A stretch of DNA of 64,000 bases from Candidatus Latescibacterota bacterium (GTDB taxonomy: Bacteria > Latescibacterota > UBA2968 > UBA8231): the NCBI GenBank assembly GCA_965215195.1, contig CBDCDC010000002.1, forward strand, positions 2,592,001 to 2,656,000, given 5' to 3'. The notes beneath the pieces are model-generated. The model saw only the letters and a program-made list of their open reading frames with translations. It had not been told where the DNA came from and ran no database searches. Shown one piece after another: positions 31,294-40,682 of the stretch. The position numbers and the translations under genes were made by a program. Position 1 is the first letter of the stretch. Each line of letters starts with the position of its first letter.

Positions 31294-32385
31294 ATGGCCC
31301 ATCGTCCCCGCATCCTCTTCCTCGCCCGTCGCTACCCGCCCACCATCGGCGGCATCCAGACTCACTGTCACGCGCTCCACGCCCAGCTCGTTCAACAGGC
31401 CCAAGTCCGTCTCGTCGCGCTGGGCCGCCAGTCGCTTTTGCACCTGACTTGGTTCCTCCCCTATTGCTTTGTGGTCGCCTTTTGGGCCGTGCTCTGCCGC
31501 CGCGTCGATGCCATCTACTTCGCCGACGGGGTCGCCGCGGCGCTGGCCCCGCTCTTGCGCCCTTTGGGGCCGGCGCGATTCGTAACCACCGTCTATGGCC
31601 TCGAAATGACGTACAAAAATCCCCTCGCACGTGCGCTGATGCAGTGGGGAGTCCGCGCCTGCGACAAGGTCGTCGTCATCAGCGAACACAGCCGCCGCAT
31701 TACCGCTGCGAGCGGCGTCCCCGAGGCCAAGTTGGAAATCATTTATCTAGGGGTTGAACCGCTGGAGTTGGCACCAGACGAGTTGGCAGCGGTCAAAGTG
31801 CGCTTTGAGGAGGAACACGGGCTGCGCTTTGGCCAAGACCGCATCCTGCTGCTTTTCGGCCGCCAAGTCCCCCGCAAGGGCATGGTCGAATTTTTGGCAA
31901 AGGGTATGCCCCTGCTCGACGCGGACATTCGCCTCTTGATTTGCGGTCCTCCTGCAAGCGAAACCGCGCGCTTGCAGGCGCGCCGCCGCGAACTAGGCCT
32001 AGAGGACCGCGTCGTCCTGCTCGGGCCAGTCCCCGACGATGTGCTGGCCATGCTGCGCACCAGTTGCGATCTTTTCCTCATGCCCAACCTCCACATCCCC
32101 GGCGATGTCGAAGGCTTCGGCCAGACCCAACTCGAATGTATGTACGCTGGCACCCCGGCCGTGGCCTTTGCCGTCGATGCCCTAACCGAAAGCGTACGCG
32201 AAGGCGGATTTCTCGTCGCCCCGGAGGACTACCCGGCCTTCGTCGAACAGATCCATCGCTTCTTCGCGCTCGGCCCGGCCGAGCGCGCCGATCTAGGCCG
32301 CCAGTGCCGCGCGTACGTGCGACGCGAATACTCTCGGGAAAGAATCGCCGGCCAATACATGGACCTTTTTATTGGAAAGACCTAA
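31294..32385 (+). CDS. Glycosyltransferase family 4
   Basis: YPPTIGGIQ, FGRQVPRKG, DVEGFGQTQLE. Confidence 0.9.
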   Translation: MAHRPRILFLARRYPPTIGGIQTHCHALHAQLVQQAQVRLVALGRQSLLHLTWFLPYCFVVAFWAVLCRRVDAIYFADGVAAALAPLLRPLGPARFVTTVYGLEMTYKNPLARALMQWGVRACDKVVVISEHSRRITAASGVPEAKLEIIYLGVEPLELAPDELAAVKVRFEEEHGLRFGQDRILLLFGRQVPRKGMVEFLAKGMPLLDADIRLLICGPPASETARLQARRRELGLEDRVVLLGPVPDDVLAMLRTSCDLFLMPNLHIPGDVEGFGQTQLECMYAGTPAVAFAVDALTESVREGGFLVAPEDYPAFVEQIHRFFALGPAERADLGRQCRAYVRREYSRERIAGQYMDLFIGKT

Positions 32386-32390
32386 GCGCC

Positions 32391-33440
32391 ATGCACTTTA
32401 CCGAACTCGACACCCCCGCCTTGTGCGTCGATCTCGACGTGCTAGAGAAAAACATCCGCGACTTGCAACGCGCCTGCGACCAGCTCGAAATTGGCCTGCG
32501 CGTCCACACCAAGACCCACAAGACGCCGGCCATTGCGCGCATGCAAGTCGCCGCCGGGGCCATTGGCATCGTCAGCCAGAAGCTCGGGGAGGCCGAGGCC
32601 ATGGCCGACGGGGGCATTCAAGACATCCTGATTCCCTACAACATCGTCGGCCAGCCCAAGCTAGCCCGCTTGACGCGCCTGATCCAAAGCGGCCAGAGCA
32701 CCCTGACGCTCGCTGCCGACTCCGCGACCACCGTTGACGGGCTGGCACAGGCAGCCACGGCCGCCGGTTGCCGCATCCGCGTAATCATCGAGATGGACAC
32801 CGGCGGCGGCCGCGTCGGCACCCAATCGCCGGCCGCCACCCTCGCCCTCGCCCAGCACATCGACCAGCTCCCGGGGCTGGACTTTACCGGCGTTATGACC
32901 TATCCGAGCAGCGAGCGCGCCCGCCCCTTCCTCGACGAGGTGCGCGAAGGGGCACACAAAAGCGGCCTGCCGCTGCACATCATCAGCGGCGGCGGCACCG
33001 GCAGCGAAGCCATCTCCAAATCCCTCGGCTGTACCGAGACCCGCATCGGCTCGTACGCCTATGAGGGCATGACCCGCGTGGGCAAGCGCGAAGACCTCGA
33101 TCCCACTCGCTGCCCGTTGCGCCTAGTCGTCACCGTGGTCAGCACCTCCCGCCCGGGGCAAGCCATCGTCGATGCCGGGCAGAAGGCCTTCACCAGCTAT
33201 CCGCCGACTCCTTATGGCTACTGCATTGAGCAGCCTGAGCTTTTTATCAAAGGCATGTCCGTCGAGCACGGCCACGTCGATACCACCGCCGCAAATCGTC
33301 CAGTCAAGGTAGGCGATATGCTCTCTTTCATCCCCCTGCACGGCGGGATGACCACCAACCTCCACGACCGCCTCTTCGCCCTCCGCAATGGCGAGGTCGT
33401 CGAAGAATGGGCAGTCGCCGGCCGAGGCCGCGCCCAGTAG
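32391..33440 (+). CDS. PLP-dependent DSD1/D-threonine aldolase-like enzyme (alanine racemase fold)
   Basis: LDTPALCVDLD, RVHTKTHK, SGGGTG, VDAGQKA, SVEHG. Confidence 0.88.
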   Translation: MHFTELDTPALCVDLDVLEKNIRDLQRACDQLEIGLRVHTKTHKTPAIARMQVAAGAIGIVSQKLGEAEAMADGGIQDILIPYNIVGQPKLARLTRLIQSGQSTLTLAADSATTVDGLAQAATAAGCRIRVIIEMDTGGGRVGTQSPAATLALAQHIDQLPGLDFTGVMTYPSSERARPFLDEVREGAHKSGLPLHIISGGGTGSEAISKSLGCTETRIGSYAYEGMTRVGKREDLDPTRCPLRLVVTVVSTSRPGQAIVDAGQKAFTSYPPTPYGYCIEQPELFIKGMSVEHGHVDTTAANRPVKVGDMLSFIPLHGGMTTNLHDRLFALRNGEVVEEWAVAGRGRAQ

Positions 33441-33461
33441 GGGCAACCCTCGTGGTCGCCC
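33437..33461. repeat. GTAG-type REP-like palindrome
   Basis: GTAGGGGCAACC-CTCGT-GGTCGCCC. Confidence 0.55.
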
Positions 33462-33665
33462 AACCCAAAAAACCCGCGTACTTGCCCACTCGCTGATGGC
33501 GGAGCTAGCTGAGCAAGGGTGGACCACCATCTATGTCAAGAGGGACATGGACGACATAGGGAACGAGATGGTTATGCAGCGGTACAGATACCGACCGTAG
33601 TTCGATTAAGAGCGGCGTCAGAGAGTCTGGTGCCGCCTTTTCAATTCCGACGCGGAGGATACTTT

Positions 33666-34415
33666 ATGGTTGCCTTAGTTGTTCTTGCAACTCTCGCCAC
33701 GCAGTCCATTGCCCAAGATCAGACAAGAACGGAGAGTCTATCTTTCCCCAATTGGGATGTGGATGTCACGCGGGACATCTTTGGGGTCAGGGAGGTTCTG
33801 TCGCAGACCAAGGGAGAGTATGTCTCAATGGAGGATGAGGCTTCGGGAGTGCTGAGTGCCGAATCGCCTCCCGTGTTCTTTGTTTTGTGTAGGTTTAATC
33901 AGCACAAAGAGTCCTACATAAATGTGGGAGTCAGGCTTCCAGGGACATACTTTGACATACCAGACAACTCCTGTAAGACAGGAGCGGAGGAGTTCTTGGA
34001 GTTCTCGTCTGTTGTTTCGCAAGTAACGGCCATGGTTAAGGATGTCAAAGAAGACAGATTTATACACAATTATAGATTTTTCTATACGGCGAATCCGCGA
34101 ATGTGTGGGAAGTTGAACTGGAAAAAGAAAAAGATGCACGAGTTTAGGGCTGTTCACGACGCGGGGTGGACATGGCTAATCAATAGAGACGACAGACGAG
34201 GGACGTTCAATAAGACGAAGGAGTTGATTAAAAAACAGGATGAACACGGGCGATCTGTGATTGGAGTCTATGAGGAATATCGCGGCATAAAGCTCTCGTT
34301 CAATCTTGCAGGTCTCAAGGATGTCTATAACGCCATGTTTCTTGACTGCGGTGTTCACAAATGGAATCCGAATCTAACTGACCCAGATGAATGGAGAAGA
34401 TATGTATTCAAGTAG
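33666..34415 (+). CDS. Secreted hypothetical protein, AT-richer than its neighbours
   Basis: GGAGG then ATG; signal-like MVALVVLATLATQSIA; no family recognised. Confidence 0.65.
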   Translation: MVALVVLATLATQSIAQDQTRTESLSFPNWDVDVTRDIFGVREVLSQTKGEYVSMEDEASGVLSAESPPVFFVLCRFNQHKESYINVGVRLPGTYFDIPDNSCKTGAEEFLEFSSVVSQVTAMVKDVKEDRFIHNYRFFYTANPRMCGKLNWKKKKMHEFRAVHDAGWTWLINRDDRRGTFNKTKELIKKQDEHGRSVIGVYEEYRGIKLSFNLAGLKDVYNAMFLDCGVHKWNPNLTDPDEWRRYVFK

Positions 34416-34437
34416 TATCAGCACGATAGAGAGATAC

Positions 34438-34615
34438 CTTACTACACGACACCTGCCTCCAGCCGCCGGCGGTCGTTTCCGTTTCGGTGCAGGACCTATC
34501 CCCCCGGCCCCCTTTCCGATGCGGAAAGGGGGAGCCGATGCGTTCCCCCCTTTCGCGTCGGAAGGGGGGCTAGGGGGGGTAGGTCAACCAGACAACGCTG
34601 GGGTCGCGTAGTAAG
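34438..34615. mobile_element. 178-bp MITE with 9-bp TSD, carrying a C/G-run double-hairpin repeat
   Basis: TIRs CTTACTACACGAC / GTCGCGTAGTAAG (12/13 match); GAGAGATAC at 34429-34437 and 34616-34624. Confidence 0.8.
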
Positions 34616-34830
34616 GAGAGATACTTAGGGCATGGATCGCCGAGGCTGCCGATCTGCCTTGGTGGCTATTGAATTGCTCATCAACTACATGCGAGTCCGG
34701 TTACTAGATGTATTCAATGCCATATCCTTCAAGGCACCCGATGCCCCGGTCAAGCTAGGACCACCACGGGGTCGCCCACTCACCCTTTAGAAGCCCGACC
34801 CTCACCCCTTTTCCACACCGGAAGGACGCC

Positions 34831-35703
34831 ATGGAAATCCAACCCCAACCACAAGTATTCGCCGTCGATGAGCAAAACTTTGAAGAGCTGGTCCTCCAAG
34901 GCTCTCTAGAGCGCGTCATCGTCGTCGATTTTTGGGCCCCTTGGTGCGGCCCCTGCAAGACTTTAGGCCCCATCCTCGAAGACGTCGTCGCGGCGCTGGG
35001 CCCCGGCGTGGCCCTAGCCAAGATCAACGTCGATGAAAACCAGCAGCTCGCCATGGCCTTTCGGGTGCAAGGCATCCCCGCGGTCAAAATCGTCAAGGAC
35101 GGCCAGCTAGCCCAAGAATTCACCGGCGCTCTGCCGAGAGAGCAGATCGAGGCCATTCTCCGCCCCTTGATCCCCGACGCCTCCATTCCCGAAGCCCAAG
35201 CGATTGATGAAGCCAACGACTTAGCGGCCACCGGTGACCTCGCCGAGGCCGCACACCAGTACGAGAACGTGCTTGAAGAAAATCCCACCGATGGCCCCGC
35301 CCTCCTCGGCCTAGCGAAGATCCACCTGCAGCAGGGCCGCTTCGAGACCGTGCAGGAACTGGTCAATCTCGTCGAAGAAGACACCCCCGAACACCCACAG
35401 GCCCAAGCACTACTCACCCAGATTGAGTTCGCGCAAAAGTGCCAGCAGGCCGGAGGCCGCGCCGCCTGCGCCCAACGGATACTCGGCCAGCCAGACGACC
35501 CAGAGGCCCGCTACCTATTGGCCTGTTGCGCGGCCTCCGAAGGCGACTACGAAACCGCGTTGCGGGAGTGGCTACACATGGTGGGAAAAAGATCGAACAG
35601 CGACCGCGCTAAGGACGCCATGGTCGCAGTTTTCCATCTACTCGGCCGCGACAACCCGCTGGTGGCCTCCTACCAGCGCAAGCTCTACCAAGCCCTGTAC
35701 TGA
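34831..35703 (+). CDS. cnoX: Thioredoxin-TPR chaperedoxin (CnoX/YbbN-like)
   Basis: VDFWAPWCGPCK, TPR middle region, C-terminal FHLLG…YQRKLYQALY. Confidence 0.8.
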   Translation: MEIQPQPQVFAVDEQNFEELVLQGSLERVIVVDFWAPWCGPCKTLGPILEDVVAALGPGVALAKINVDENQQLAMAFRVQGIPAVKIVKDGQLAQEFTGALPREQIEAILRPLIPDASIPEAQAIDEANDLAATGDLAEAAHQYENVLEENPTDGPALLGLAKIHLQQGRFETVQELVNLVEEDTPEHPQAQALLTQIEFAQKCQQAGGRAACAQRILGQPDDPEARYLLACCAASEGDYETALREWLHMVGKRSNSDRAKDAMVAVFHLLGRDNPLVASYQRKLYQALY

Positions 35704-35710
35704 GAACGCC

Positions 35711-36766
35711 GTGCAGATTACCCGCCTTGAACGCACCGTCTGTTGCGTACCCTTTCTCCCCGGCATCCTGCCCCCGCCCGAGTACGACGAGCCTGCGCCC
35801 GGCTATCCCGAGCCCCTCTCGGCGCGGCGCCAAGACGTCCTCCGGATCCACACCGACCAAGGACTAACCGGCCTCGGCATGAGCGGACCGTACTACGGCG
35901 ACCGCGCAGAGCAACCGCCCGACTTGATCGGCAAAGACCCCAACACCTTTGAGCCACGCTCCTTGCGCGGCGGTGGCTGGAACATCGCCCTCCTCGACCT
36001 GATCGGCAAAACGATCGGCTGGCCACTGTGCCGCATGTTCGGCGGCAAGCTGCAGGACAAGGTGCTGGTTGACTACTGGATCGGGCGGATGAGCGCCACG
36101 GATACCGCCTGCGCGGCCCAACGCGCCGCCGAGCTGGGTTTCCACGGCATCAAAATGAAGTGCAAGTGGGAGGATGCCAATATGGAGGATCGGGTCCGCG
36201 CCACCCTCGAAATCGCGCCGCACCTGCGGGTGGTTCTAGACCCCAACGAGCGCTTCTACACTCTCAAAAACGCGCTCGACCTAGCCCGCCGTCTCGACGG
36301 ACTCGACGTGGTCTTTGAAGATCCCTTCCCCAAAACCGATCTCAACGAATATCGCCGCCTCAAGGAAGAGACCAGCGTCCTCGTCGCCCCGCACTTCCAG
36401 AACCCCCGTCAGATCATCGACGCAGTGCATCTCAAAGCAATTGACGCCTTCAACGTCGCCCCCTCGGATTGGGACTTCCTCGACATGGCCCGCATCGCCG
36501 CAAGCGGGGACATCCCGGTGTGGCAAGCCTCCAATGTCGATCTGGGGATTTTCGATGTCTTCCGTCTCCACGCTGCGGCCGCCGCGCCCAACTGCACCTT
36601 TGGCTCCGACCTCTGCGGCAACTTCGCACACGAGCACAGCCTGCTCAAAGAGCCGCTGGTCCAAGACGGCTACGCAATCGTGCCCACTGGACCGGGTTTG
36701 GGCGTGGAATTGGACGAGGAGGCCGTCGCCTGTTACGCCATCTCCGCGCAGCAGTGGTCCGCCTAG
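35711..36766 (+). CDS. Mandelate racemase/muconate lactonizing enzyme family
   Basis: IALLDLIGK, KMK, LDPNE, FEDP, VPTGPGLGVELDE. Confidence 0.88.
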   Translation: MQITRLERTVCCVPFLPGILPPPEYDEPAPGYPEPLSARRQDVLRIHTDQGLTGLGMSGPYYGDRAEQPPDLIGKDPNTFEPRSLRGGGWNIALLDLIGKTIGWPLCRMFGGKLQDKVLVDYWIGRMSATDTACAAQRAAELGFHGIKMKCKWEDANMEDRVRATLEIAPHLRVVLDPNERFYTLKNALDLARRLDGLDVVFEDPFPKTDLNEYRRLKEETSVLVAPHFQNPRQIIDAVHLKAIDAFNVAPSDWDFLDMARIAASGDIPVWQASNVDLGIFDVFRLHAAAAAPNCTFGSDLCGNFAHEHSLLKEPLVQDGYAIVPTGPGLGVELDEEAVACYAISAQQWSA

Positions 36767-37533
36767 GCCGGGACCAGCGCCTTTGCGCCAAAGATCATCG
36801 GATAGCCTGCGCCCGTGTGCACGGAACGCGCGGCTCCGTCCATATAGGCGATGCTAAAGGCGCGGCGCGACTGACCCGTCGGGTTGATTCCCGAGCGGTG
36901 CAGCAGCAGGTTGTTGAGCAAAATCGCCTCGCCCGCCTCGGCTTCGAGGTCGATTTCTGCTCCCGGCGGCGCGCATTCGGCTAGCTGCTCGGCCGAGGGA
37001 AAATGCCTTTCGGTGATCACCCCGCGCTGGTGGCTGCCGGGCACGATCTGCATACAGCCGTTTGCGACCGTCGCCGGGTCGAGCGCGGTCCACACTGTGA
37101 TCGTCGGATTGTAACCCACGCCCCAGCCCACGCCTACGTCTTGGTGCCAAGGCAGTACCGTGCCCTTTTCCGCCGGCTTATTCATAAACATCGCCCGGAA
37201 AATCGACACATCCTCGCCGATATAGCACCGGGTGATCTGGCGGAAGAGCGGGTGCTGCATGTAGGTGAGATAGACGGGGTCCTGCTCCAAGCCCATGATC
37301 TTGCGGTACTGGAGCGTGGCCCCTTTGTGGCCGGGGGAGACGATGGGCATCTTCGCGTAGTCGGCGTCCTCCCCGTCGAGCTGAAAGTCCATCTCCGGGT
37401 AGGGGAGCTCGCCGAGCATGATCGCGTTGATGCGCTGCTGTAATTCGGCCAATCCCGCGTCGTCGAGTACTTTGCCGAGCCGCGCGTACCCGTGCTGCTC
37501 AAAGTGGGCGTGGTGTTCATCGCTGTATTCCAT
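36763..37533 (-). CDS. Phytanoyl-CoA dioxygenase (PhyH) family
   Basis: PWHQD, WTALD…NGCMQIVPGSH, LLHRSG.N…RRA. Confidence 0.9.
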   Translation of the reverse strand: MEYSDEHHAHFEQHGYARLGKVLDDAGLAELQQRINAIMLGELPYPEMDFQLDGEDADYAKMPIVSPGHKGATLQYRKIMGLEQDPVYLTYMQHPLFRQITRCYIGEDVSIFRAMFMNKPAEKGTVLPWHQDVGVGWGVGYNPTITVWTALDPATVANGCMQIVPGSHQRGVITERHFPSAEQLAECAPPGAEIDLEAEAGEAILLNNLLLHRSGINPTGQSRRAFSIAYMDGAARSVHTGAGYPMIFGAKALVPA

Positions 37534-37640
37534 TAGCTGCTCCCTTTCGTTTCCCTAGAGATGGGCAATGTTCTCCCCTGTGTCAAATTTTCCTACCTTT
37601 CTACCCGCCCGTCCGCTCCTTTCCAAACGAGGAATTTCAC

Positions 37641-39377
37641 ATGCCAGACAAAAACCAAATGCGAATTTGCTACTCTTGGTTTTGTTGCGCCTTGCTCTTA
37701 GCGTGCAGTGGTGCCGAAGACCACGCGGAACAGCGGCAAGTCCCTCGTGAGCGGACGCTGATCCTCGGACTGACCCAGATGCTGGACTACGACGCCTTCA
37801 ACCCCTTTATCCCCGGCATGGTGTCTGCGACCGGATCTAATTTCCTCTTCGAGCCGCTCTATTACTACAATGCCTATAGCGAAAAGGACAACCTCATCCC
37901 CCATATCGCGGAGACCCACCAATACAACGAGGATTACACCGAAGTCACCATCAAAATTCGCGCTGGGGTCCAGTGGAGCGACGGCATGCCGTGGACAGCG
38001 CACGACTTGGTCTTTACCATCAATATGCTCAAGGCCCATGCGCCGGAACTGCTTCTGTCCACCGACATGCAAACTTGGGTCGCCGAGGCCGAGGCCGTGG
38101 ACGGGCTGACGGCGCGCATCACACTGCGGGCATCCAATCCAAGATTTCTGTTTTCGTACTTCACCGATTGTTTCGGCAATGGGGTCCGCATCGTCCCCGC
38201 GCACATCTGGAAAGACCAAGACGCCAAGACCTTCAAAAACCTCGACCTCGCCAAGGGCTGGCCGGTGGTCAGCGGGCCTTACCGCCTAGTGATTGCCGCT
38301 CCCGAACAGCGAGTTTGGGATCTGCGGCCGGACTGGTGGGCGGCCAGATTGGGGTTCCAGAGACTACCCAAGGTGGAGCGCATCATCTATCTGCCCTTCG
38401 GCAATGAAGCCAAGTGGTCCCAGCAACTCTTGGCCAACGAGATCGATTCGAGCGTCGACTTGCGCCCAGTCAATATCAAGACCGTTCTCGAGCAAAATCC
38501 CAACATTTCCACTTGGACAGGCAGGGAAGCACCTTACGGCTATCTGGATTGGTGGCCGCTGTCCCTCGGTTTCAACAATCTCGAAGAGCCCTTCAGCGAC
38601 CCGGAGATCCGCTGGGCCGTCAACTACGCGATCAATCGCGCCCAAGTAGTTGATGTAGGTTGGCAGGGGGCGGGCACGTTCACCCTGCATCCCTATCCCG
38701 AATTTCCCCCGCTGATGCGCTATATCGACCAGATCCAAGATCTTTTCGCTCAATACCCGTTGAATACCTACGATCCGGCCCGCACGGCCGAGATCATGGA
38801 GCGCAAGGGATGGCACAAGGACGAGGACGGGTTTTGGCGCAAGGACGGGACGCGCCTCAAGATAGTGGTCGACGTCTTTCCCAACCTCTTCCAGGACTTC
38901 ACGCCGGTGCTGATCGAACAATTGCGCCAAGCCGGTTTTGACGCCAGCTTCCGCGCCACCAACGACGCCTATACCCGCATGACCCAAGGCACGGCCCGGG
39001 CCTTTGTGATAGGACACGCGGCTTCGGTGCGGGACCCTTATTTCACCTTGCGCCTCTACCACAGTCGCTTCGTGCAGCCAACCGGGACGGCGGCCGAGTA
39101 CTTCTGGCGTTGGAAAAATGAGGAATTCGACGCGATCGTCGACCGCATGGCCGAGGTCGCGCCGGAAGATCCGGAGTTGGTCGCGCTCTTCCGCAAGGCA
39201 ATGGATATCTGGTTGCGCGAACTGCCTTCGATCCCCCTGATCCAGTGGTATCACCGGATTCCCCACAACGAGACCTATTGGAAAAACTGGCCCACGGCTG
39301 CAAACCCCTACGTCAACAGCGCCTATTGGCACCGCACCTTTCTGCTCGTCTTACTCAATTTAGAACCCACACATTGA
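37641..39377 (+). CDS. ABC transporter substrate-binding lipoprotein, family 5
   Basis: Lipobox LLAC; WSDGMPWTAHDLVFT; PFSDPEIRWAVNYAINR. Confidence 0.9.
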   Translation: MPDKNQMRICYSWFCCALLLACSGAEDHAEQRQVPRERTLILGLTQMLDYDAFNPFIPGMVSATGSNFLFEPLYYYNAYSEKDNLIPHIAETHQYNEDYTEVTIKIRAGVQWSDGMPWTAHDLVFTINMLKAHAPELLLSTDMQTWVAEAEAVDGLTARITLRASNPRFLFSYFTDCFGNGVRIVPAHIWKDQDAKTFKNLDLAKGWPVVSGPYRLVIAAPEQRVWDLRPDWWAARLGFQRLPKVERIIYLPFGNEAKWSQQLLANEIDSSVDLRPVNIKTVLEQNPNISTWTGREAPYGYLDWWPLSLGFNNLEEPFSDPEIRWAVNYAINRAQVVDVGWQGAGTFTLHPYPEFPPLMRYIDQIQDLFAQYPLNTYDPARTAEIMERKGWHKDEDGFWRKDGTRLKIVVDVFPNLFQDFTPVLIEQLRQAGFDASFRATNDAYTRMTQGTARAFVIGHAASVRDPYFTLRLYHSRFVQPTGTAAEYFWRWKNEEFDAIVDRMAEVAPEDPELVALFRKAMDIWLRELPSIPLIQWYHRIPHNETYWKNWPTAANPYVNSAYWHRTFLLVLLNLEPTH

Positions 39378-39555
39378 GGCATGGATGTTCAAATGCCGCC
39401 TAGCATTGTCTTGGATTGCAAATCCAACTCCATCTGATATGAAATAGAAATCAGAACCTTTAGGTTCAGATACATTTCTACTACTTTATAGGCGACAGTA
39501 AGCGTCGTCTGTCTTGCCCCATCAACGCCATACCAAACGAAAGGAATCACATCCC

Positions 39556-40626
39556 ATGAAGAAATCCGATCCATTTGAAAAGGGCCTCGCAGCCGGCGAG
39601 GCCGCGGCTGCGGCCGCCGGAGGCGCGTCGCAAACATCGGCGCACAGCGGGCGCATGTATGTGCGCACCCAGAGTTTTGGGTCAACCGATGCCGAGTTGC
39701 GCTTTTTGCAGCGCTGTGGCGTGCGCCACAAGGCCGCCACCTTTCCCTTCCACCCCGACCGCGGTTGGGATCTCGACGAGTTGGTCCGAGAAAGAGAGCG
39801 TCACGCGGCCTTCGGGCTAACACTCGATATGAGCCTGCTACCCATATATCAGGAATTTCCCAACATCATCTATTTTGGCAAAAGCCCGGAGCGCGACCGG
39901 GAAATCGACCTCGTATGCGAAATGATCCGCACCGCTTCGCGCGCCGGCATCAACTCTCTGCGCTATAACACGTGCATCCTGCCCATCGACCGCACCGAAC
40001 AAGAAGAAGGTCGCGGCGGCTACTACCACACGGCGTTCCGCCTAGACAAGGTCCCGGCAGAAGAACAGGCCAAGCTAACTGAGGCCGGGCGCGTCACCGC
40101 CGACATGCACTGGGAGCGAATTGAGTACTTGCTCGAACGCGTGATTCCGGTGGCCGAAGAATTCAAGGTTCGCATGGGCAATTCTCAGGAAGATCCTGCC
40201 ACCCCCCCCGGTTATAAGGGCGTTGACAAAGTCCTCAATGACTTTGAGGGCATGCAGCGTTTCATCGAGATTCAGCGCAGTCCGTATCACGGCTGGAATT
40301 TCTGCGTCGGCTCCATCGCCGAAGGGCTCGCAGATCCGGCCAGTGAAATCTATCCCATCATAGAATACTTTGGCAGCCGCAATACGATCTTCCTCGTTCA
40401 CTATCGCAACCTCCTCGGGGGGCGCTACAGCTTCCGCGAGGCCCTGCCCGATGAAGGCGATATGGACTTCCACCGGGTCTTAAAGGCCCTCAAGGACACC
40501 GGCTACTGTTACGGCATTGATCCCGACCACGTCCCGCGCACCGACGACGATCCCAAGGGCTACTATCAGTCCTATGCTTACTGCTTCGGCTACATCAATG
40601 CCATGATTCAGGCGATCTACGGTTAA
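39556..40626 (+). CDS. uxuA: Mannonate dehydratase-like protein
   Basis: LLERVIPVAEE, FCVGS, IFLVHYRN, FREALPDEGDMD, PDHVP, FGYINAM. Confidence 0.7.
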   Translation: MKKSDPFEKGLAAGEAAAAAAGGASQTSAHSGRMYVRTQSFGSTDAELRFLQRCGVRHKAATFPFHPDRGWDLDELVRERERHAAFGLTLDMSLLPIYQEFPNIIYFGKSPERDREIDLVCEMIRTASRAGINSLRYNTCILPIDRTEQEEGRGGYYHTAFRLDKVPAEEQAKLTEAGRVTADMHWERIEYLLERVIPVAEEFKVRMGNSQEDPATPPGYKGVDKVLNDFEGMQRFIEIQRSPYHGWNFCVGSIAEGLADPASEIYPIIEYFGSRNTIFLVHYRNLLGGRYSFREALPDEGDMDFHRVLKALKDTGYCYGIDPDHVPRTDDDPKGYYQSYAYCFGYINAMIQAIYG

Positions 40627-40682
40627 TCCATCTGTAGCGGGCGTTACCTTTCTCTCGCCTGAGGTGTCGTAATAGTAGAGCG

